33,706 nucleotides of DNA from Deltaproteobacteria bacterium (lineage in GTDB: Bacteria; Desulfobacterota; Binatia; UBA9968). Positions 25,592 to 32,975 of this stretch are shown one piece after another. Numbering within the stretch: the first letter of the stretch is position 1; every line of letters starts with the position of its first letter. Both the position numbers and the translations under genes were made by a program. A model generated the notes under the pieces. The model had not been told where the DNA came from. It did not search any database and saw only the letters and a list, made by a program, of their open reading frames with translations. Where the stretch lies: the NCBI GenBank assembly GCA_016183075.1, contig JACPFH010000074.1, forward strand, positions 1-33,706. The letters are read 5' to 3'.

Positions 25592-27004
25592 ATGCGTCGG
25601 GTTCGATACAGTCGTTGGAATCGCTCCGCGGCGGACTCGCCGGACGCTGAAAGCGTCTTCGAGCAACTCAACGATTACATGAATGAAACCGGTGACCTGC
25701 AGCAGGCCATGCGCCGGCTCATGCAACGGGGCATGAAACAGGGAGAGAATAAGACAGCCGGCCTGGATGATCTGATGCAGCAACTGGCGCGCGAGCTAAG
25801 GCGTCTTTACGACCGATACCGGCCCCAGTCGGCTCTCGACCGGGTCGAGCAGGAACTCCGCTCGGTAGTGGAGCAGGAGCGGCGGACACTGAAGGAGCTG
25901 CGCGACACGAAGCGCGGCATCGATGAGAAGCGGGAGTTTCTCGACCGGTTGCCGGAAAAGACGAGTGAAGCCATCGAAAAGCTTGCCTCCTATGACTTCG
26001 AGGACGAGAAAGCCAGGGCGGATTTCGAGGCTCTGCTCTCGAAGCTCGAGCAGATCCGCGAGTTGCGCCGTCTCGAAAGCCAGCTCTCGAGCATGAACCT
26101 CGAGGATGTGGACGGCGAGCTTTTGGAGAAGCTTCTGGGCGACAATGCCAGGCAGGACTTCGAAGGTGTGGCGCGCATGGAATCTCTGCTGGAGGAGGGG
26201 GGCTATGTCATCGACCGGGGCGATCGGTTCGAGCTCTCCCCGCGGGGGGTGAGGCGGATCGGCCATCTCGCCTTGCGCGATATTTACCAGAAGCTGCGCC
26301 GCGACGCGATGGGGAGACACCAGGTGAGGTCGCGCGGGTCGCATGAGCTTCTAACCGAAGTGCCCATCCGGCTCCGGCCGAAAGATTTCTACGTATACGA
26401 TTCGGAGCATTCCACGCGCGCGGCGACGGTCCTGCTCCTGGACATGAGCTGGTCCATGAGCTGGGAGGGAAGGTTTGCCGCTGCCAAGAAGGTAGCGCTC
26501 GCGATGGAGACTTTGGTCAGGTCCATGCATCCGAGGGACTATTTCGGCATCGTGGGATTTTTCACTCGCGCCGTCGAGCTCAAGCCCAAAGATCTTCCCG
26601 AAGCGACCTGGAATATGGGAGACCCGTTCACGAACCTTCAGGACGGTCTGCACCTCGCCGCCGAGCTATTGGACCGCCGGCCGAGCCAGAATCAGCAGAT
26701 GATCGTGATCACCGACGGCCAGCCCACCGCCTATTGCCGCCAGGGAAGGCTCTACTGCGAGTGGCCGCTGAGCTTCGGCGGGATCAGCCAGAGAGCGGCC
26801 GAGGAAACGCTGCGCGAGGCGGGGCGCGTGACGCGCCGAGGCATCACCATCAACACCTTCATGCTCGATGATAGCCCCGTTCTCAAAGGCTTCGTCGACG
26901 AGATGACCCGCATCAATCGCGGGCGAGCCTTCTACACCCGCCCCGACCGCCTGGGCGAATACCTCCTGGTCGACTACGTTGCCCGCAAGCGGAAAAAGGT
27001 CTAG
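25592..27004 (+). CDS. vWA-domain protein with long N-terminal coiled-coil region (COG4867-like partner of the AAA+ ATPase)
   Basis: MIDAS motif VLLLDMSWSMS, later ITDGQPT, and an acidic/coiled-coil N-terminal half. Confidence 0.85.
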   Translation: MRRVRYSRWNRSAADSPDAESVFEQLNDYMNETGDLQQAMRRLMQRGMKQGENKTAGLDDLMQQLARELRRLYDRYRPQSALDRVEQELRSVVEQERRTLKELRDTKRGIDEKREFLDRLPEKTSEAIEKLASYDFEDEKARADFEALLSKLEQIRELRRLESQLSSMNLEDVDGELLEKLLGDNARQDFEGVARMESLLEEGGYVIDRGDRFELSPRGVRRIGHLALRDIYQKLRRDAMGRHQVRSRGSHELLTEVPIRLRPKDFYVYDSEHSTRAATVLLLDMSWSMSWEGRFAAAKKVALAMETLVRSMHPRDYFGIVGFFTRAVELKPKDLPEATWNMGDPFTNLQDGLHLAAELLDRRPSQNQQMIVITDGQPTAYCRQGRLYCEWPLSFGGISQRAAEETLREAGRVTRRGITINTFMLDDSPVLKGFVDEMTRINRGRAFYTRPDRLGEYLLVDYVARKRKKV

Positions 27005-27180
27005 CGCGAATTTTTTTCTGGTTTTTTCGTCTATCTATTCCGAAAAATAAACATACAAGTTGGACAGCTACGCCAGTATGGAGGCAATTCGATTGCCATA
27101 CGGCCTTCTATTGCTAGCCGTTCTCGGATGAGCAAGAATTGGGCTCATAGATCCAATAAGATTGCGAGGAGGGTAAGACG

Positions 27181-27747
27181 ATGGCTGTCACGTGGAAAAA
27201 AGATGCCGATGCTGCTTTAGCCGAGGCAAAGGAGCAGAACAGACCGCTACTCATTGACTTCAGCGCCGCCCCGGCCTGAGGCGGATGCGTTCGGCTGGAG
27301 GCCGAATCCTACTCTGACGACGAGATCTCCACATTCATCCACGAAAACTTCATCCCTCTCGGAGCGCACATCAAAGAACACCCCGCCTACTTCCATCGAT
27401 TTGACGTGCCGTGGACACCTACTGTCCTGGTGATGGATCCGAAGGGCACGGAAAGGCTGCGGGTAGAGGGATATCTCTCGAAGTCGGAGTTCCGCGCTCA
27501 GTTGGAGATGGGATTAGCGCGAATCGCTTTCATGCACAAGCAGTGGGCGGAGGCGGAGCGGAGATACGCCGAGGTGGCGGAGCGTTATTCGAAGACACTG
27601 GCTGGACCGGAGGCGGTGTACTGGAGGGGGGTGAGCCGCTACAAGGGGGCGAAGGATCATACGGCGCTCGGGGCAGTGGCGAAGGAACTGAAGGAGAAGT
27701 ATCCGGGGAGTGTGTGGGCGTTGAAAGCATCCATCTGGTTAGAGTAG
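27181..27747 (+). CDS. thioredoxin-fold (Thioredoxin_7/DUF255-like) protein with in-frame TGA at the CxxC position; probable selenoprotein (UGGC motif)
   Basis: ATG 27181 with a GAGGAGGG RBS. The frame is continuous with the listed ORF 27406-27747 except for one TGA at 27277-27279. Translation: ...NRPLLIDFSAAPA-U-GGCVRLEAE...FIPLGAHI...VPWTPTVLVMDPKGTE... The C-terminal half is helical. Confidence 0.78.
27283..27309 (+). promoter_or_regulatory. candidate bacterial SECIS hairpin
   Basis: GGA (27283-27285)/TCC (27307-27309) and TTCGGC (27290-27295)/GCCGAA (27301-27306), separated by a 4-nt bulge. The apical loop is UGGAG (27296-27300), starting 19 nt from the U of UGA. Confidence 0.55.
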
Positions 27748-28169
27748 GAGGGCCGGTGGATGGGGACAACGGCGCTGTCTGACAGGCAAGCTTTGGGGTC
27801 TGACTATCATAGTTCATGCCAAATCTGGTTGAGACCTCCCATCTGAGATAAGCAGGCGTCTTCGCAGGCGATTTTTCCGAGTGCATCCACCCCTGGCGAT
27901 CCGGCTCCCCTGGATCGAGAGTTAGCTTGAAGTGCGATTTTTTGTTCATGATTTCCGGTTTTTGCCTCTACAAACCTGAAAGGGCTCTCTGCTAGCGAAA
28001 GGAGCCGGCGCTTTGCGGTGTGGTGAGGCGCGTTAGAGGACGCCACGATTTGCCAATCCAGGCGCCCCTGCGTCATCGGACCACAGCGAGAACTTAGGGA
28101 GGTTGGCCTACCACAGAAGCGCGCAATGCGACTTGCGATCAGGCTTGGTTCAAGATAAATGAGGCAGAC

Positions 28170-29849
28170 GTGCTTAGCGACAGAGCCATTCGGGTCGCCT
28201 CGGTAATTCTGGTAACTATTCTTGCATTGATCATCTTTTTACCGATCCTTGCCCTGGTCTTCGGGAGTTTCTGGTCCGATTCCCCCGTCGCGCTGCAAGG
28301 CTATTTCACCTTCAAAAACTGGATCAAAGCCTACACGCTCCGAATCCCGGCCACCCTTCCCACGCTCTTTCTAAACTCGCTCTTTTTCGCCTTCCTCGTC
28401 GCGGTGATTTCCGTCGCCCTGGGAGTGGCTATGGCTTACCTGGTCGAGCGGACGGACATGCCGTATGGCCCGGTCTTCGAGAAGCTGAGCATCTCTCCGC
28501 GTGCCTTCCCGGTCCTGATCGCCGCCTTGGCCTGGGTGATGCTCTTGAGCCCGAGGATCGGCGTTTTGAATCTTCTCTGCAGGGAGTTTTTGGGTTTCTC
28601 GCTGTTCAACATCTATTCGTTTCCCGGCATGGTTTTTCTCATGGTCCTCTACGAGTCGCCGATCGTGTTTTTAATCGCCGTGAACGCTTTTCGTCTGATG
28701 GATCCCTCTCTGGAGGAGCAGTCGATCGCGTGCGGCAACAGCGTGCTCGGGACCCTGAGAAAGATCACCCTTCCGGTCTTGCGCCCCTTGATCTTCTCCG
28801 CCTTCATGCTCGTCTTCATCATCGGGCTGATCACGCTGGAAGTGCCCGTCATCATCGGAGTGCCGGGCGGGATTTTCGTCTTCACCACGGCCATCTTTCA
28901 GATCATCGCGACCGATTACAAGTCGCTGGTCTATTACAACACGGCGGCGGCACTGGCCATGATGATCATTCCCGTGAGCCTGGCAACGCTTTTCCTTTAC
29001 CGGTACTCAGTCAGGCGCGTCGAGAGATATGTCACGGTTACGGGAAAGGCGCGAGCCCAGAACGTTCATCGCCTCGGAGGTTGGCGTTACGTCGCATGCG
29101 GGCTCCTGTCGCTCTATTTTTTCCTAGTGATGGCCCTTCCTGCCTTCGTGATCGTTCTGATCTCTTTCTCCGAATTTACTTCCTCCCCGAGGCTAGAGCT
29201 GCTTGCGAACCTGACCTTTAAACACTGGAGCCAGGCCTTTAACGATCCGGTCTTCTGGCGGGCGTTCAACAACACCTTGATCCTTTCCTTCAGCGCTGCG
29301 ACGGTCTCGCTTCTCCTCGCGCTCGCCTTGGGCTACCTCTTGATCCGCACCGGCGCCAAGTTCAAGGGTATGATCGAGGGGTCGGCGACGCTGCCGCTCG
29401 CGTTTCCGGGAACCATCCTCGCCATCGGATTTGTCTGGGCCTATATCCGCACGCCGCTCTACGGCACGTTATGGATTTTGCTCCTATACTTCGTCAGCAA
29501 CTACCTGCCGTTTGCGCTCAGGACCTTGAGCCCCTTTCTTTTCCAGTTCCACAAGGAGCTAGAGGAGGCCTCTTGGGTCTCGGGCGCCGGCGCGCTCAGA
29601 ACCATTGTAAGGATCGTCATTCCGTTCCTTAGCCGCGGCCTGTTCTCAGTTTGGATTCTTCTCTTCCAGATCTATCTTCGGGAGTTCGCCGGCCCGATCA
29701 TCCTGTTCACCTTCGGAACCGAGGTGCTCTCCACCCTGCTCTATCTGCGCGCCTTCGAGGAAGGGTCCCTCGGCGTGGGAGCGGTGCTGGGGGTGCTGAT
29801 GCTCGTGATGTCGCTGGGGCTTCACGCCATCGTGACAAGGCGTGCTTAG
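28170..29849 (+). CDS. ABC transporter permease, fused double-domain (12-TM) FbpB/ThiP-like
   Basis: 559 aa, very hydrophobic. Two EAA-loop motifs: DPSLEEQSIACGNSVLGTLRKITLPVLRP and HKELEEASWVSGAGALRTIVRIVIPFLSRG. GTG start. Confidence 0.88.
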   Translation: MLSDRAIRVASVILVTILALIIFLPILALVFGSFWSDSPVALQGYFTFKNWIKAYTLRIPATLPTLFLNSLFFAFLVAVISVALGVAMAYLVERTDMPYGPVFEKLSISPRAFPVLIAALAWVMLLSPRIGVLNLLCREFLGFSLFNIYSFPGMVFLMVLYESPIVFLIAVNAFRLMDPSLEEQSIACGNSVLGTLRKITLPVLRPLIFSAFMLVFIIGLITLEVPVIIGVPGGIFVFTTAIFQIIATDYKSLVYYNTAAALAMMIIPVSLATLFLYRYSVRRVERYVTVTGKARAQNVHRLGGWRYVACGLLSLYFFLVMALPAFVIVLISFSEFTSSPRLELLANLTFKHWSQAFNDPVFWRAFNNTLILSFSAATVSLLLALALGYLLIRTGAKFKGMIEGSATLPLAFPGTILAIGFVWAYIRTPLYGTLWILLLYFVSNYLPFALRTLSPFLFQFHKELEEASWVSGAGALRTIVRIVIPFLSRGLFSVWILLFQIYLREFAGPIILFTFGTEVLSTLLYLRAFEEGSLGVGAVLGVLMLVMSLGLHAIVTRRA

Positions 29850-29942
29850 GCGAATGCCGATAGGCTCCAGAGGCCCTAGGGAAGTAGCCCTGAACAGAGA
29901 AATATTTGGCGGTCGCTTATTGTCGGTTTTTCTCGGATCGGG

Positions 29943-31046
29943 TTAGGCGATCAGCCGATCGCGGAGCCAGTCGTGGATGAAGGGGAAGACCTCGGCGTGG
30001 TTGTCGTAGGCGCAGTGAGTGGAGCCGGGCTCTGCTGATTTGAACAGCCTAAGCTCTTTTTGGCATCTCGCTTCGGCGAAGAGCCGCTTCGCTCCCTTGC
30101 AATCCGTAACGACGTCGTCTTCGCCGTGAAGGATAAGCAGCGGGCACTCGATCCGCTCCACGCTCCCTTCCAGGGTGAACCGGCTGAGCGCTTTTCTCGT
30201 CTCCGCTTCCGAGTTTGCTCCGACGATCCATTGGAATTGCCCGCGCAAAGGCGGATAAAAGTCATAAATTTCGCTCAAGGCATCATAGGCGCCGAAGTGA
30301 AACACGCACGCCTTGACCCGCTTCTCGTAGGCGGCGGCGCGGGCACAGTAAAAGCCGCCCATGCTTAGACCGAAAAGGGCGATCCGATCGCCGTCGACAT
30401 CGCTCCGGCCTTGCAAATAATCGACGATCGCCCCGATCGGCTTTTCGTAGTCGGGACGAGCCAGGACCTGCTTTAGCCTCAACATTCCCCCTCGACCCGG
30501 CCCGTCAACGATCACGCAGGCGTTGCCTCTGACCAGCGCCTCGCGGGTAGCCAAGAAGTAGAGCTCCTCGGCGGTGGAATCCGCTCCACCCATGAAAATG
30601 ACCACCGGAGGTTTCTCGCAACGAGGTATCGGGTGAAAAAAATAGCCAGGCATGGGCGTGCGTTCGAAGGGCACCTCAATCACTTCGATGCCCGGATCAA
30701 GCTCAGCCGCGCTGCAAAAACAGGCAAGCGACTTCTTGTACGTGTCGATTTTGCGATTGTCGGTGTGGGGAAGGAAGAACTCGGCGTTGCGGTAATAATT
30801 GGAAGCGCGGAAATATGCTTTCATCGCGGCGGCGGCGTGGCCAGCGGCCAGTGCCTGGCGCGCTGTCTCCTCGACCGCCTTAGCGGTCCCGAGCCATTCT
30901 TGATGCCAGCTCTCCGCGTCGCCCGCTCGCATCCGCGAAAACGTTCTGACGCACTCGTTGAACTCGCCGCCCCCGTAGTAGCTCTCGGCGAGAAGGCGGA
31001 TACCCGTAAATGACCAGCTCTTGATCCCTGGAAAGAACTCGAACAC
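29943..31046 (-). CDS. alpha/beta hydrolase (FrsA / 2,6-dihydroxypseudooxynicotine-hydrolase-like)
   Basis: Nucleophile elbow GLSMGG, LILHGEDD, and a C-terminal His context STHCAYDNH. The N-terminal helical cap begins FEFFPG. GTG start at 31046. Confidence 0.8.
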   Translation of the reverse strand: MFEFFPGIKSWSFTGIRLLAESYYGGGEFNECVRTFSRMRAGDAESWHQEWLGTAKAVEETARQALAAGHAAAAMKAYFRASNYYRNAEFFLPHTDNRKIDTYKKSLACFCSAAELDPGIEVIEVPFERTPMPGYFFHPIPRCEKPPVVIFMGGADSTAEELYFLATREALVRGNACVIVDGPGRGGMLRLKQVLARPDYEKPIGAIVDYLQGRSDVDGDRIALFGLSMGGFYCARAAAYEKRVKACVFHFGAYDALSEIYDFYPPLRGQFQWIVGANSEAETRKALSRFTLEGSVERIECPLLILHGEDDVVTDCKGAKRLFAEARCQKELRLFKSAEPGSTHCAYDNHAEVFPFIHDWLRDRLIA

Positions 31047-31072
31047 GCGTGCTCAACCCTGCCGCACAGGCT

Positions 31073-31942
31073 CTACTGGAAGATTTTCTGGATGCGCGCC
31101 TTCCACTCGTCTTCTCTTTCGTCCAGCTCCTTGACCAGCGTGGCCGGCGGCGAAGATCCTCTGCCCCTCCTCGCTCACCAGATAGTTCACGAAGAGCTTG
31201 GCGGCATTGGGACGGGGCGTGTTCTTATGGATGGCGACCATATTGGGCCACCAGATTCCCCCCTCCCTAAAGGTGGAGTAGGCGATGCTCGGATAGGTTC
31301 CACCCCACAGCGAGGAGGTATAGGTCAAAGTGAACACCGCCATGGAGAATTCCTTTAGCCCGACCGCAAAGTGAAGCGTGGGGAAGCCCGCCTCATACCG
31401 GAGATGATTTTGCCTTTGAATTCCGGCTTCAGCAGGTCATAGATGCTCGTCGGCACCTGCTTGGGGGAAACCAGCTCCTTGTTGTAGAGGACTCCGACCA
31501 CGTGGTTGAACATCGGGATCTGGTTCCATTCAGCCGGAAGCGCTTTCTTAACCTCCGCCACCTTTTCGTACCCGGCCGGCGTATAAGCCATAGTCCACTT
31601 GTTGAGCTCGCTTCCCGTCGGACCAGGGGAGGTGGTAAAAATGTCGGTCGCGAAGATTCCCGCCTGTGATTCGGTGCTGACCTTGCGCAAAATATCCGGG
31701 TCACCGACGTAGGTGCCTTCCACTTTGATCCCGTACTTTTTCTCAAACGCCTCGGCCGCGGGACGTATGCTGGGAAAGACCACCATTCTTAGCCTTCCCT
31801 CTTTTTTGGCTGCCTGCTCGAGCTGAGCTGTCGCACCGGGGACCATGCCGAGGATGAGGGCTAAGGTGACGGCAGCGGAAAGAAAAACCCTCGCAAGACT
31901 TTGTGAAACCTTAGTTTCAAGGGCGCTTCTGCTCATTTTCAC
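31073..31942 (-). pseudogene. ABC transporter periplasmic solute-binding protein (family 1, Fe3+/AfuA-like) with two frameshifts
   Basis: The coding signal is spread over three frames. The first frame holds a signal peptide plus the N-lobe (31355-31942; ...YGIKVEGTYVGDPDILRKV...). The second holds ...TLHFAVGLKEFSMAVFTLTYTSSLWGG...NAAKLFVNYLVSEEGQRIFAA. The third holds ATLVKELDEREDEWKARIQKIFQ*, with its stop at 31073-31075. The shifts map near the GGGG run at 31380-31383 and near GGCCGGCGGC at ~31142-31152. Confidence 0.72.
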
Positions 31943-32144
31943 CAGGCCGGAGAGTTTATTCCCCGAGGAAAATCCACACTTTTTAACCCTATTCGCTTTA
32001 CGATCCCCATAGCAAGCAGTAAATTCCGGCTCAGCGGTTTAGTCCAACCCGTTCCTTCGACTAGTCTCAGGACAGGTTTATCCCCAATGCCGGTGGACCA
32101 AGACTTGTCATAGCTTCTTACCCGGCGCCGGCATCAGGGATAAA

Positions 32145-32429
32145 ATGCTATACGTCGGCCGGAAAGCGTCTTTGACACTACTGGTAAATTGTACTACGTT
32201 GTATGACATTAAGACGAGCACCCTCACAATCAGACTCGACAAAAATCTAAACGACCTGTTAACCAAGGCGAGTCGTCGGTCAGGGAGAAACCGCAGCGAG
32301 GTCGCCCGAGAGGCCCTTCGTCGCCAGCTTCGCATAAGCCAGTTTGAAGCACTGCGGCGCAAGATCATGCCTTTTGCGGAGGCGCGCAGTTACCTAACAG
32401 ACGAAGACGTGTTCGCCGACGTGTCGTGA
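32145..32429 (+). CDS. ribbon-helix-helix (CopG/VapB-like) antitoxin
   Basis: LTIRLDKNLNDLLTKASRRSGRNRSEVAREALRRQL is an RHH motif. The stop overlaps the toxin start (GTGA). ATG 32145 gives 94 aa. In-frame TTG 32199 would put the RHH at the N-terminus, which is more typical. Confidence 0.8.
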   Translation: MLYVGRKASLTLLVNCTTLYDIKTSTLTIRLDKNLNDLLTKASRRSGRNRSEVAREALRRQLRISQFEALRRKIMPFAEARSYLTDEDVFADVS

Positions 32430-32869
32430 GGGTTTTCCCGGATACAAATATCCTGGCCAGTGCAGCGGCAACTCGCGGCCTTTGCGCAGACGTTCTGCGC
32501 GAAGTTCTCAGTTCACACGAACTTCTGACTTCCGCACAAGTGCTGAGCGAACTGAAACGTGTCTTGGGGACGAAGTTCGGTGTGGCTCAGGATTTGATTG
32601 ATGACTTCATCTCGCTTATGCGGCAAGATACGGTGCTTGCGCGGCCCGGCCAACTCCCGGCGGTCAAAATCCAGGATCAGGATGACCTATCCATTCTGTC
32701 GGCTGCGATATCGGCTGGAGCCGCTGTATTCGTGACGGGTGACAAGGAGATCCTGGATATAGGTCAAATCGAGAATCTAGCGATTCTTTCCCCCAGACAG
32801 TGCTGGGAGAAACTGAAGGTCCGACCGCAGCGTGGCGCCGGACGCGGAAAATCGCGCCGCCCACGCTAA
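32426..32869 (+). CDS. PIN-domain toxin (TIGR00305-like PIN family)
   Basis: VFPDTNIL (first acidic residue), QDQDDLSILSAAISAGAAVFVTGDKEIL (conserved D...D / TGD). 147 aa. Confidence 0.87.
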   Translation: MRVFPDTNILASAAATRGLCADVLREVLSSHELLTSAQVLSELKRVLGTKFGVAQDLIDDFISLMRQDTVLARPGQLPAVKIQDQDDLSILSAAISAGAAVFVTGDKEILDIGQIENLAILSPRQCWEKLKVRPQRGAGRGKSRRPR

Positions 32870-32975
32870 CGTTGAGGCTGTAGAAAAAGGTAGAGGAAAA
32901 GATTTACAAGAAAAACGACCTCCGTGCACCCACCGGCGATAGGGATCACGCCAGGCGGGAAAGACGAAATAAACG

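Noticed and set aside
27078-27131. 17-codon hydrophobic mini-ORF (MEAIRLPYGLLLLAVLG) upstream of the selenoprotein candidate as a leader peptide
   Set aside because: It has no RBS, no associated attenuator structure and no regulatory codon enrichment. It is likely a chance ORF in an AT-richer spacer.
27530-28076. Minus-strand ORFs 27530-27949 (139 aa) and 27807-28076 (89 aa)
   Set aside because: The first is largely antisense to the thioredoxin-fold gene and Pro/Ser-rich. The second has no recognisable motifs or RBS. Neither is supported as coding.
27960-28169. Riboswitch (TPP or cobalamin) upstream of the ThiP/FbpB-like permease
   Set aside because: Only loose fragments were seen (CTGAGA and ATCTGG in the wrong order; GCCACGA instead of the GCCACTG B12-box context). 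The conserved cores are absent. An Rfam scan was not possible.
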